From assembly GCF_004010195.1 (NCBI RefSeq), contig NC_057728.1, forward strand, positions 49,654,561 through 49,718,560: 64,000 nucleotides of DNA. Direction: 5' to 3'. A program made the translations under genes and the position numbers. A model generated the notes under the pieces. It was not told the origin of the DNA. It did no database searches and saw nothing but the letters and a program-made list of their open reading frames with translations. The stretch comes from Chiloscyllium plagiosum. Lineage: Eukaryota. Of the stretch, positions 50,593 to 62,692 are shown piece after piece; position 1 is the first letter of the stretch; each line of letters begins with the position of its first letter.

Positions 50593-51189
50593 GTGAGCAC
50601 CGTCTACATCTTTACAGCTTTACGTTCTGATGTATAACATTCAAATCGACAAACTAAGTAGACTATTGTTATTGAAGATGGGCTAGTAATACTGTTCCAG
50701 CTAGCAACTTTGCTGTGAAAGTTTTTTTTTCAAATTCTCATTATTTAGGTTTTCTTTATAATGGTTTAAATATTTTAGACTGCAATATTAAAAAAATATT
50801 TAAAATCCTTTCAGTGAGGAAAAGCTTCCCTGCATAAAATTACACAAATTCTGTGTGGCATGGTGATTTTTTTCAATTTTAAGGCAGAATGATATCGAGA
50901 GTCAAGAAAGATAGTCACCAATAAATCCAGTTAGGAATACATGAGGAACTTCTTCAGTTTTTGGAGAGTGGTGACAATTGGGAGCTCTCTCTCCCAGGGA
51001 GTGGTTGAGGTACATAACATACGTTTGAGGGGAAACAAAGTTGACACAAAAGAGAGTAAGGTATTGAAGATTTAGAAAGAGGATTTTGAAGAAGAGCTAA
51101 ACATGAGCATCTGTAAAAATCAGAATTTTTTAAATTGTGAAGATATACTCAATTCATCCCCCCCCCAGCAACCCCCAACCTCCACTGCA

Positions 51190-51730
51190 ACTGCTTCGAG
51201 AGAAACAGGACGCCACATCCAGATTTCTGGTGAAGGCACCAAGTGCAGTGTAGATACACCTGGTCAATGGTAGACGGGCCTAACCACTCCAGGATAGATT
51301 TCCTGTTTGTGTCCGGTGTGTTCTCGGTCAGATATACCAATGTCAAACTGGTGCCTCCTGCTGGCTGACTGTCACCTACAGGATGACCAGCGGGCCGGCA
51401 AGAGTATATGGAAGCTGAATATGAAACGACCCCAGAAAATATTCAGGCAGTCAAAAAGGAGTGCCGTGAAACCCCTCTTTGAGTCTCTTGCACACTAGTG
51501 GGAAAGTCAAGGGGAAAGGAGGTATGCATAGAATACTCCAGACCAATACTGGAGAGAGTTGATCCTGTTGGGTGGTTTCTTGAGCAGACTGTCTGAGTTA
51601 TTTGGCAGAATGCCTCATGGCCAGAACTTTCCAACAAGCACCAAGGCGTTGCTTGGCTGGTGGTGAGAAGGACACCAGCCGTCAGAACCTTCATTGACAC
51701 CCAGTCTCTGCTCTCCACTGCAGACCTGTA
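51190..51730 (+). mobile_element. Tx1/L1-clade LINE relic
   Basis: YTWS..SRIDFLFV, CLLLADCHLQDDQRAGKSIWKLN, then IWQNAS.PELSNKHQ.VAWLVVRR. Confidence 0.7.
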
Positions 51731-52418
51731 AGAAGAAGAAATCAGCTGAAGTGATCTGTTTCTGTATTGTTTATTTCCTCTGTTTGATAAGTATTTTTCA
51801 TTCAGCAGAACATTCATGTGTAGATTTTATAAGAACACAGATTTATGCTGACTGATCCTGATGGCAGTACTGAAAGACTGCTGCACTGTCAGAGGTGTTG
51901 GCTTTCTCTCTCCCCTCCCGGGTGAATGCAAAGGGATCAAACAGCATTATCTCAAAGAAGAGCCAGATAAGTTCTTGCTGGTGCACCCCTCATCCACCAT
52001 CACCCTAAAGCCAATTGTATGATCACACGTTGCATTGCTGTTTATGGGAGTTATCTGTGTGTGAACTGGTTCACATGTTTCCTCCTTTAACACATCAAAC
52101 ATGGTTCATTAGTTGTAAAGTTCAGTAATGAAAGGCCCTCTAAAGTCTTTACACAGCAGAGTTAACACTTTGTTTATAGGAAGACACATTCATATCCTAA
52201 AAGTGCATCTCAGCTGGAAATCACTTGAAAAAGGTAATTTGATATTTCCTTCCAGCATTGTAATAATGTGGACAGGATAGGCATGGTTTACTAAGGTTCC
52301 ATCAGTGAAATTGACATTATTGCTCGCACATTCAGTGCGCTGGGTGTGGTGTTGCATATGTTGTTGGGGTTTCTGCATGAACATTAATTGCTGAGGTGTC
52401 TCTTCTTTTTGTCTACAG

Positions 52419-52589
52419 GTGATCATTTCTGCCTTGCAGTGCCTCACCTGGATATTGAAATTCCCATTGGCGTCCATGGAAACCCTGGCTGATCAGCTGA
52501 CCCAGCAACTTTTTGTGTTACTGAAGGATTATGCGAGGGCTGGAGCAGGGAGGGGAGACAACTTCCACCTGGTGGTGAATTGTTTCAAG
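52419..52589 (+). CDS. UTP20: UTP20 exon 27 of window
   Basis: ctacag|..AAG|gtaaca; VIISALQCLTWILKFPL...FHLVVNCFK. Confidence 0.96.
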
Positions 52590-52879
52590 GTAACAGTTTA
52601 AATCATTAACATCACCTTCCGGTGGTTGTGCCAGTCATTTTAAGTTATTATCCTGCAGCCATTGGAATACCCTTCTCCCAAGAGAAAGTGAGGACTGCTG
52701 ATCTAGAGATCAGAGTTGAAGAGTGTGGTGCTGGTAAAGCACAGCTGGTCAGGCAGCATCCGAGGGGCAGGAGAAACCCTTTATCAGCCCTTCATCTCCT
52801 CCTAGTTGATTTCATCAAACACCTCATTGATGGATCATTACTGTTGGATCTCCTGAGCTTCTCCGTTTGAAGGAGAACA

Positions 52880-53061
52880 TGTGGACCGGGTTGGACAAAG
52901 TCAGAGGTCGCATGACACCAAGTTATGGTCTAACAGGTTTATTTGAAATCGCAAGCTTTCGAAGTGTTGCTCCTTCACCTGACAAAGGAGCAGTGCTCTG
53001 AAAGCTTGTGATTTCAAATAAACCTGTTGGACTATAACCTGGTGTTGTGTGACTTCTAACT
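52880..53061. mobile_element. Fold-back hammerhead element, family B
   Basis: Arms aacaggtttatttgaaatc / gatttcaaataaacctgtt; TSD aaggagaaca at 52870-52879 and 53062-53071; decayed core ctgacaaaggagcagtgctctgaaagctt. Confidence 0.82.
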
Positions 53062-53319
53062 AAGGAGAACAATCCTTGCTTTTCCCATCTCCCCCGTGTG
53101 ACTGAATTATCTCAGTTAAAATACCTTTTTATGTCAAGTATGCTTGTCGTACTTTCTAAAGTCTGGAATCCAGTCTTGGTGATACCTATGCAGTATTTTA
53201 TGAGGATTGAATGTAATTTTTTTTTGTGCTGAAATTTATTTATTCACTCATTGTTCAGCATTCATGGCCCATCCTTAGTTGCCCTCAAGACGGCAGTAGT
53301 GAGCTGCTTTCTTAAAATG

Positions 53320-53522
53320 GGCGAAAGTGGGTGCTGCAGATGCTGAAGATTAGAGTCTAGATTAGAGTGGTGCTGGAAAAGCACAGCAGGTCAGGCAGCA
53401 TTCGAGGAGCAGGAAAATTGCCGTGAATTCTGATGAAGGGCTCCTGCCTGAAACGTCGATTTTCCTGCTCCTTGGATGCTACCTGATCTGCTGTGCATTT
53501 CCCACACCACTCTAATCTTGAC
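53320..53522. mobile_element. Fold-back hammerhead element, family A, sense core intact
   Basis: Inverted arms; ctgatga-a-gggc-tcct-gcct-gaaacgtc at 53430-53457. Confidence 0.85.
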
Positions 53523-54019
53523 TGCTTGTAAAAATGCTGAGTCCAAGTGGTGTAAGGTAGACCCATAATGGCACTAGCTTCAGGATTTTGATCCACTGAC
53601 ACTCGAGGAGCAGCAATATATTTTCAGGTCAGGATGGTGAGTGGCTTGGAGGGACTCTTGCAGGTGGTGGTGTTGCTCTCTGCTGCCCTTGTTCTTCTAG
53701 ATAGTCAGGTCACAGGCACGGAAGGTCCTGTTGGAGGGACCTTGGTGCATTGCTGAGGTGCATATTGTAGATGTTGCACACTGCTGCTATTGTCTCGTGC
53801 TCGTGGATGAGATACTCCATCAGCCAGCTGAGCAGGATTGTTTCACTAGCTGCTGATGGTGATAATTGTCCACCTCTACCTGGTGACTTCAAGGACCACA
53901 CCTCACCTTGATTGATCTCTTCATCAAACTGACAGTTTATAAGGTGTGATGATTGAACCCATTTCCATACCTCTGCAAAGCCAACCTAGGCCCCTACCTC
54001 CTAACTCCCCAGAGCCTGC

Positions 54020-55040
54020 CATAGAGTCATAGTCTTAGAGATGTACAGCCCAAAAACAGATCCTTCAGTCTGACTAGTCCATGCCAACCAGATATCCTAA
54101 CCTAATCTAGTCCCTTTTGCCAGCACTTGGCCCATATCCCTCTAAACCCTTCCTATTCATATACCCATCCAGGTGGGTGTTTTAATTGTACCAGTCGCCA
54201 CCACTTCCTTTAGCAGCTCATTCCAAACATGCAGCACCCTCTGCATGAAAGAGTTGCCCCTCAGGTCCTTTTTAGATTTTTCCCCTCTGACCCTAAACCT
54301 ATGCCCTCTAGTTCTGGGCTCCCCCATCCCAGAAAGGAAAAGACTTGGTCTATCCATGCCCCTCATGATTTTATAAACCACTATAAGATGACCCCTCAGC
54401 CTCTATCACTCCAGGGAAAACAGCCCCAGCCCTTTTAGCCTCTCCCTGTAGCTCAAATCCTCCAAAGCTGGCAACATCCTTGTAAATCTTTTCTGAACCC
54501 TTTCAAGTTTCACAATATTCTTTCAGCAGGGGGGAGACCAGAATTGTACACAATATTCCAAAAGTGGCCTAACCAATGTCATGTACAGCTGCAACATGAC
54601 CTCCCAACTCCTGTACTCAATACTCTGACCAGTAAAGGAAAGCACCCCAAACGCCACCTTCACTATCCTATCTGCCTGAGCCTCCACTTTCAAGGAACTA
54701 TGAACCTGCACTCCAAGGTCTCTTTGTTCAGCAACATTCCCTTACCATTTAGTGTATAAGTCCTGTTTTGATTTGCGTTTCCAAAATGTAGCACTTCACA
54801 TTTATCTAAATTAAACTTCATCTGCCACTCCTCAGCCCATTGGCCCATCTGACCAAGATCCTGTTGTAATCTGAGGTAACTTTCTTTGGTATCCGCTGCA
54901 CCTCCAATTTTGGTGTCATCTGCAAACTTACTAACTGTACCTCCTACATTCACATCCAAATAATTTATATAAATGACGAAAAACAATGGACCCAGCACCG
55001 ATCTTTGTGGCACACTACTGGTCACAGGCCTCCAGTCCAC
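54020..55040 (-). mobile_element. 5'-truncated CR1 LINE
   Basis: VPQRSVLGPLFFVIYIN..SKFADDTKIGG..LLEYCVQFWSP; tail at 54020-54035. Confidence 0.93.
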
Positions 55041-55617
55041 TCTCTCTAAGTCAGAAGTCAGGAGCGTGATGGAATAATCCCAATTTGTCTGGATGAATGC
55101 AGCTCCAACAACACTCAAAAGCCTGTCAACATTATCAAAGACAAAGCAGCCTGCTTGATTGGTATCACACCCTTCACCTTTACCAGTCACTTCCTCCATT
55201 GCAGGTGCATTCTGGCAGCAGAGTCTATCATTTCATAGCTGTGTTGCTGAAATGAACCATTGCTCCTTCAGCAGCATCATCCAGACTCATGACCTCTATC
55301 ACCAAGAGGATAAAGAGCAGCAGATACATGGGAACACTACCTTCGGCAAGTTACCCTCTAAGCCACTCATCGTCCTGACTTGGAAATGTGTCTTTGTTAT
55401 TTCAGTGTCGCTGGGTCAAAATCTTGAACTCTATCCCAATAACCCTGTGACAAGCAGTGCATCCAGCTCATACTCTGTGACAGAGAAGGTTGAAGGGAGG
55501 TTTTCAATGTGATGGATTTTGTGGGACGTCTGGTAGAAACTTACTTCCACAATAGTTAGTGCGTTGGCAATAATAACTGACAGTTCTCAGTCAGAAATCG
55601 AACTTGTTTTCAGAGAT

Positions 55618-56030
55618 TGAAAGAATGCTGGAGATCACAGTGAGTTAGACAGTATCCATGGAGAGAGAGCAAGCTAATGTTTCGAGTCTAGAAAACTATA
55701 CATCCATCCAGGACAAAGTATCCCTTCCACCAGCGAGAGACACTAGCAGCAGTGTCTACCATCTACAATATGCACCTCAGTAACTCACCAAGGCTTCTCC
55801 GACACTATCTCCCATGCCTGTGACATCGGCTATCTGGAAGGAAAAGGGCAGCAGATAGAAGGGAACACCACCACATGCAAGTGCCACTCCAAACCACTCA
55901 CCATCCTGATCTGATGAAGAGTCATTTAGACTCCAAATGTTCGCTTGCTCCGTCCATGGATGTTGTCTGACTCACTGTGATCTCCAGCATTTGTTGTTTT
56001 CAGTACAGATTCCAGCATCTGCAGTAATTA
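55618..56030. mobile_element. Fold-back element, family D, with a LINE fragment between the arms
   Basis: Arms aatgctggagatcacagtgagt / actcactgtgatctccagcatt; TSD tgttttca(g/a)agat at 55605-55617 and 56031-56043; core ctgatgaagagtcatttagactccaaatgtt. Confidence 0.78.
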
Positions 56031-56661
56031 TGTTTTCAAAGATGATCAGAATGGTTGGTGTCTTACCACCAGGGGGCAATGCAACACAGACCGGAATGCC
56101 ACTTAAAATAAGAAGTTATTAAATATTTCTCAAAGATATGGGAAACATGCAGGACAGAGAGTTAATGTCCATGGTCCAGGTGAAGAGCTACTGTTGTGAC
56201 AGACACCCAGTGGATTGAAAGGTCATCCCGATGCCAACTTGTGTCAATTTCTCTGAATGTGGCCTACAGCACACAGAGTGGGCATGTTGATGCCAGTGTG
56301 ATTTGCAGAGGCCAAAGAAAGTTGCTCTGGACTCTGATTAGCTGCTTGCAGGCTCAAGTGAGTGAGTTCACATCAGCCTTTACTGCAATGTCCTGGTTCA
56401 GTAGGTTTCTCTGTGGCCCCAGCTCTGGCTCTGGTACAGTCTCTGTGTGTGTTGCTGATTGGGTGCATCCATTTAAAGAATTGTTCTCTTAAAATAACAG
56501 TAAGTATTGAATCAAACGAAATAGATAGTGAGATTGATGGTTTATAAGTCTTTAATATCAATATCATTGATGATGGGAAGTAGTTTGCACCCTTTCCCAG
56601 TCTGTCATCTGCGATTACGATGGTGGATTGTATTAATATTTTGTTTTCAATCATTCCACAG

Positions 56662-56793
56662 TCAATTACTATCCTCGTGAGGAACATGACAGGACACATG
56701 ATAACTGGCAAACAGTTGCAGATTCTGTTGGGATATGCTGAGGAAGATATTTATGACTCATCACGTCAGGCAACAGCATTTGGTCTTCTGAAA
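56662..56793 (+). CDS. UTP20: UTP20 exon 28 of window
   Basis: ccacag|..AAA|gtgagt; SITILVRNMTGHMITGKQLQILLGYAEEDIYDSSRQATAFGLLK. Confidence 0.96.
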
Positions 56794-57616
56794 GTGAGTA
56801 AAGGAGGCAACAGCTACCTGAGTTTTTATAGCATCTTGAAGCCAGTTGGAGAGATGATAAAGAGTAGTAATGCTATTGGACCCGTAATCCAAGATGAGAA
56901 TTCAAATCCCACTCCTCAGCTGGTAGAATTTAAATTCAATTAATTAATCAAATCTGGAAGCAATAACCAGTCTTCATAACAGTGATCACAAAGCTACCAT
57001 TGGTTGTCACAAAAGCCAAAGTGTTCAGAGAAGGAAATCTGCCATTCTTACCTGGTCTGGTCTACATATGACTCCAGATCCACAGCAGTTCAAATTGACT
57101 CTTGACTGGCCTCTGAAATGGCTGAGCAAGACACTCAGTTCAAGGGCACTTAGAGATGGGCAGCGAATGCTGCGCATCCTATAAAAGAATGAATTAAATA
57201 CCCCAACACACATCCCATGAGAATAATCAGGCAAAATATGATACTGAGCCACTTGAGGTATTGGAAATAAAGGTTTTAAGGAACAGTTTCAGGATGGAAA
57301 GAGAGGAGGAAGTTCTAGAGCTCCGTGTCTGGGCAACTGAGGGCACAGTGCCAGTGAAGGAGCCAGTGAAATTGGGCAAGTCAAGAGGACCATCTTCAAC
57401 TGGAGCTGAAGAAGATTTAGAGATTAGGGTAGGACCGAGGCATTAGGATTTGAAAATGAGGAAAGGAATTTTTCAATTCAGGAATGTGTTGAAAGCATTC
57501 AGGGAAGATAAACCCTGGAATGTGAGCAAGGGTAGGTTTGAGTTGGATTTTTTTGAAGCGTAAGAAGCAAGTGGATTGAGACATGTGATGTGAAGGATGA
57601 AAATGAGAGGAAACCA

Positions 57617-57717
57617 ATCTCTCCCTCTCTTCTCTCTCCCTCTCTCCCTCCATCCCTCCATCCTCTCCCCTTTCCCCTCCCTCTCCCTCCCTCCCTCCCT
57701 TCCCCTTCTCCCTCCCT
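57617..57717. repeat. C/T-rich low-complexity tract
   Basis: About 100 nt, nearly all pyrimidine. Confidence 0.9.
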
Positions 57718-58402
57718 CAGAGTTTAGAATGTGGTCTCCCTAGGCACCGCTTGTTGAATTGGACTCAATGCCTTCCCTTAAAGGTGACTTTTTGTGAGAA
57801 AGGAATGTTTAAAGTAAGACTACATCCAAATGCCATGTCTCTCAGTCTCTGGCTATCCCATGGAGCCTCAGGATATGGGACAGTACTGAAGGAGGCCATT
57901 TGGCCAATAATGCCTGTGCTGCCTAATTGAAAGAGTTTTCCATTTAGTCCTACACACCCTGCCCTTGTCTCTAATTTAGCCCCGTATGTTTTGCCTTTCG
58001 AGCTGAGATCTGATTGCCTTTTAAAAGTTGCTGATTCGGCTCCCATCTCCCTTTTCTTTTGTCAGAGGTTGGTATTTCACTACTGTGCAATGTTTTCAAT
58101 TTAAATTGTGGATCCATCCAAACCCATCCATGTGAGGGCTGCTGGATTAGCAGATTAATGCCTTGGTACTGCATTTGCTATGGCAACATGACAATCCAAC
58201 TTCAAACCCTTATTGCCCAGTTCCCCCTTATCCTTCCTTCAGACTCGGCAAAGCCGCAGCCTCTGTGATCATCTCAACACCTCCAGTTTCCCAAGTACTC
58301 TGGGAAGTCCCTTCTGCCCCTTAAAAGTCATGATACATGTTTCAAGCCCCTTCATTCAGTTTTTGTGGTTCAGACATTGCCTGCTGCTTTTTATCCTCAC
58401 AG

Positions 58403-58513
58403 GCAATTCTCTCAAGAAAGCTGCTTGTTCCAGAGATGGACGAAGTGATGCAGAAAGTGGCCAAACTTGCTGTGACTGGACAGAGTGACCAGGTCCGAGT
58501 GCAGTGTCGTCAG
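58403..58513 (+). CDS. UTP20: UTP20 exon 29 of window
   Basis: tcacag|..CAG|gtcagt; AILSRKLLVPEMDEVMQKVAKLAVTGQSDQVRVQCRQ. Confidence 0.96.
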
Positions 58514-59069
58514 GTCAGTGTCAAACCCCAGCACTGCAAGGTTCGGAGTTTCTCCATCCTTTACTACGGCATGTGCTGTAGATCTCAATCCGTTGCGCTT
58601 GTCATTCCTATGAACCCAAGTGCTTTTTAATGTGTTGGGATTCTGTATCTGTGCACCTGGGACTTCCAAGTCAAAGCAAGATCAAAGTTGTTCACCTTCC
58701 AAAATTTTGGTCATCACATGAAGCAACGAGAATAGAATTATTGACCAATCAGAGTGATCAGTTTCTATGACTGGTTCTCTTGTAGACTCTGACATACGGT
58801 GTGGTACCCATGCAAGTGTATGTTGGTGTTCTTGACGAGTGCTCAGTGTACAAGTGTGAGTGTGTCAGTGTATGCATGCAGGTGTGTGTGTGTATCGGGG
58901 AAGTGAAGATATGGTTGGTTTTATTATATGTGTGGGCATGCATCTATGTGTGTGCCTTAGCCTTTGTTTTTCTGTGTCTCAAATTTGTTTCTGCATAAAT
59001 GTTTTTTTTAGTATATTCAGTGCCCCCATTCTGTTGTAATCATTTTATCTGTTTGTTTCTTTGTGTCAG

Positions 59070-59149
59070 GTTTATTTGAAGTTTGTTCTGGATTATCCCC
59101 TGGGAAGTAAACTGAAGTCTCACCTTGAGTTCATTGTGGCACAGCTTTC
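59070..59149 (+). CDS. UTP20: UTP20 exon 30 of window
   Basis: tgtcag|..TC|gtaagt; VYLKFVLDYPLGSKLKSHLEFIVAQL(S). Confidence 0.95.
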
Positions 59150-59389
59150 GTAAGTCATGTTTCATCTGGGACTGGTATTTCCTCATAAATTTGTTTCTTG
59201 AAAGAATGGAGTCCATTGCAACAGATCCATGAGGATGGGATCCCAGTCCAGGGATTGTTGAATTGTGGCTCAGTGGTTAATGCATAAGCTTGTAAATACA
59301 AGTCTCATTCCACAGACTTGGAACATACGATCAAAGTGGCCAGACTGGAGTATTAAACACTTGCAGGGCATGGGAATGGAACCAGCTTA

Positions 59390-59625
59390 GTCAGAGGGTC
59401 AGTACTGAGGGAGTGCCACACTGTCAGAGGGTCAGTACTGAGAGAGCGCTGCACTGTCTGAGGGTCAGTACTGAGGGAGTGCCACACTGTCTGAGGTCAG
59501 TACTGAGGGAGCACTGCACTGTCCAAGGGTCAGTACTGAGGGAGCACTGCACTGTCGGACAGTCGGTGCTGAGGGAGTGCCACACTGTCAGAGGATTAGT
59601 ACTGAGGGAGTGCTGCATTGTCTGA
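59390..59625 (+). repeat. About 33-bp minisatellite (about 7 copies) inside a DeuSINE-like element
   Basis: Unit gtcagagggtcagtactgagggagtgccacact. Confidence 0.9.
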
Positions 59626-60130
59626 AGGACTGTTTTTTGATGAGATCACAAAATGAAGCCCTGCCTATTCTCTTGAGTTTGTGTTAAAGATCCTAAGATA
59701 ATATTTTAGTCACAATGACATGGAAACGAATTAAACTTTTGGTCTTATTGTTACTTGTTGTGAATTGGCTGCTGAGATTACAGCAGGTTTTACTGCAGTG
59801 CCGATGTGTATCTTTCTTGAGAGTCTTGTGATGCAGTGGTAGTGTCCCTACCTTCTAGCTACATCCTGGTTCAGGTTCCACCTATCCAGAGGTGTGCTAC
59901 GAAAGATCCGAGCAGATTCATTAAGGAAGTAATTGTGCGTTCACTGAGCGGGGCAGTGCTTCTCTATTCAATCCACTCTCTGTGTACACTAAAAACAGAA
60001 TGGCCATACATGGTGGTTGGCTTGGAGAAATCCGGATATAATAATTTAAGAGAAAGCACCTTGTAAAATAATAGTGAATGAAAACTGTATTAATGTTTTA
60101 AAAAATCTTTTGCTTCTGTCCTGTGTTTAG

Positions 60131-60200
60131 CTATGAACATGATATTGGAAGAGAATCTGCATTGGAAATGCTAGCTTATATCTTTCAATCCTTTCCACAG
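60131..60200 (+). CDS. UTP20: UTP20 exon 31 of window
   Basis: gtttag|..CAG|gttggt; YEHDIGRESALEMLAYIFQSFPQ. Confidence 0.95.
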
Positions 60201-60563
60201 GTTGGTTCATAAGATATTAAACATATACTTTATACCTGGCGTTGTGTGCTGATTAGTTGGCAAATAAACTCTGAAGGACTGAGATGTTGCTAAATTGAAA
60301 GCAATGGGATACTGTAGGCTTCCCAAGCTCAAAAAAGACCAAGATGTGAACCCATTCCTTTTAGTTACAGAGAATGGGTCCTTGTATATCAATTTGTGTC
60401 ATTTCTTGTGAACCTGAATGAGCCATGTTAAATTGGTTCTTAGTGTAGCTATTGGCACATTCCGGATTATTCAGCATGTGTTGACCATTCCAATAAACCC
60501 AGTGAAGAATTCAGGAGGAACCCCTTCAGTCATAAGATGAAAATGTGAAACTTCTGATCACTG

Positions 60564-60895
60564 CGGCACTGTGGCTCTGTGGTTAGCACTGCTGCCTCAC
60601 AGCGCCAGGGACCCGGGTTCGATTCCCGTGTTGGGCGATTGTCTGTGTGGAGTTGGCATATTCTCCCCATGTCTGCGTGAGTTTCCTCCGGGTGCTCCAG
60701 TTTCCTCCCACAATCCAAAGATGTGCAAGTCAGGTGAGTTGGCCATGCTAAATTGCCCATGGTGTTAGGTGCATTAATCAGGGGTAAATACAGGGTAGGG
60801 GAATGGGTCTGGGTGGGTTACTCTGCACATGGTTGGTGTGGACTTGTTGGGCGGAAGGGCCTGTTTCCATACTGTAGGGAATCTAATCTAATCTA
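60564..60895 (+). mobile_element. HE1-type SINE
   Basis: gcggcactgtggctctgtggttagcac..ggttcgattcc..(AATCT)n tail. Confidence 0.9.
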
Positions 60896-61170
60896 AGAAG
60901 TGGTTGTGGTGAATATCAAAAGATAAAATGAAGGCAAAGCCAGTTGAAACACAAGGGGGAAGGAGATATAGGGATACGCTGACAAGGCAAGATGAAGAGG
61001 GTCAGGGGGACACTTACTGTTGAAGATTGTCACTGTTGGATCGAATAACCTGTTCCAAATCTGATGAATCTCTCTGAACTCTGATTAAATCTCCTCCTTG
61101 ATGTTCCCAACTCTGAGAGGATTTTTCACAGCTTTTCAACTCAAAACTGATTTTGTTGCATCTTGAGCAT

Positions 61171-61455
61171 TGTAACAAAACCAGAAATAGCTGGAGAAAC
61201 TCAGCAAATCTGGCAGCATATGTGAGGTGAAAGCGAGGTTAATATTCCAAGTACTCTAACTCCTCATCAGGCAATATCTGATACTGAGCTGCACGAGGTA
61301 TTGGAGTTATATGAGGTACATTCTTCTGATGGAGTCACTTGGCTCAAAATGCTAATTCTGCTTTCTTACCACAGATGCTGCCAGACCTGCTGAGTTTCTC
61401 CAGCTATTTCTGTATTTTGTTTGAGAGCTCGAGCATCGGCGGTTCTTTGTTTTAT
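61171..61455. mobile_element. Fold-back element, family D
   Basis: Arms cagaaatagctggagaaactcagca / tgctgagtttctccagctatttctg; decayed cores ctcatcag and ctgatggagtc..gctcaaaatg. Confidence 0.75.
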
Positions 61456-61503
61456 TAAATCCACATCTAACGTGTTTCTGAATGTCTTTGTGTCTGTCGG
61501 CAG

Positions 61504-61686
61504 GGTCTGCTTCATCAGTATTATGCCCTTTTCTTCATCCCTGTCACTCTGATGATTGTGAATGATGATTCACCGAGCTGCAAGAAGATGGCAGCTCTGG
61601 TAGCTCAGTCGTTGTTGAGCAAGGTGGACGAGAAGCACAAGGACCTGATGTTTTCGTTGGTCTTGACGTGGTTCCAAAGTGAAAAG
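61504..61686 (+). CDS. UTP20: UTP20 exon 32 of window
   Basis: cggcag|..AAG|gttggg; GLLHQYYALFFIPVTLMIVNDDSPSCKK...WFQSEK. Confidence 0.95.
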
Positions 61687-61786
61687 GTTGGGGCTTGGGT
61701 CTGCAGCAGTTTGGGAGGATCATTAATGTTTGGGATTCACTTCCCTTGGAAGAGAGTTCTTAAATTTATTCAGAGCTGAGGTGATG

Positions 61787-62310
61787 TTTGGCTCATATCC
61801 CTCAAAACCTTTCCTATTCATATGCCTCTCCAAATGTCTTTTAGATGTTGAAACTATACCTGCATCAACCACTTCCTCTGGCATATACGCACCACCCTCT
61901 GTGTGAAAAAGTTGCCCCTCTCAACTTAAAATTATGCTTTCTAATTTTGAACTTCCCCTACCTCAGGAAAAGCCCTTTGTTGTTTGCCTTACCTATGCCC
62001 CTCATGATTTTATAAATTCAATATGGTCACCCCTCAATCTTCCTCTGCGCCAGGGGAAAAAAGCCCCAGCCTATCCAGCCCCTCCATATAACTCAAACCC
62101 TCCAGTCCTAGGAACATCCATGTAAATCTTTGTATCCATTCCAATTTAATAATATCCTTCCTATAGCACGGCAACTCGAACTGTATTCCAAAGTGGCCTC
62201 ACCAATATCCTGCACCGCCACAACATGACATCCCAGCTGCTGTACTCAATGCTCTGACTGTTGAAGGCAAACTTGTCAAATGCCTTCTTCCCTACCCTGT
62301 CCACCACTTT
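61787..62310 (-). mobile_element. CR1 3' fragment
   Basis: LKVVDRVGKKAF..IEYSSWDVML..LVRPL on the minus strand. Confidence 0.8.
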
Positions 62311-62692
62311 CAAGGAATCTAGGTTTTTCTGTTGGACAGCACCAAGAGTTTCAAAGAGGGAATTGCAAGTCTTGGGCCAGTGCTGACTCAAGGAATAGCT
62401 GTCTGTAGTGAGTCTAAAGACATGGGAAATATGCCAGGGGCTAGACCTGGACAATTCAGGATTGTGAGAGTTCTTGGCCTGAAGGAGATTGTATAGATGG
62501 GTGAGTTGGCAGGCTTTATTTGAATGCAAAGAGATTTTTTAAATGTGACAGAACAATGCTGTTTAGTGTGATGAGAGCAAAATCTGAAGTAAAACCAAAT
62601 AATGCTGGAGCTCAGCCTGTCTCGCAGTATCTGAGAGAACATCTGAGTTACCATTTCAGCCTATGACTTTTTCAGTTATGTCCCTGTTACAG

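Noticed and set aside
7379..62692. Intronic snoRNAs, plausible in a ribosome-biogenesis gene
   Set aside because: I found no convincing C/D pair with terminal stem or H/ACA fold by eye; an Infernal/Rfam scan would be needed to exclude them.
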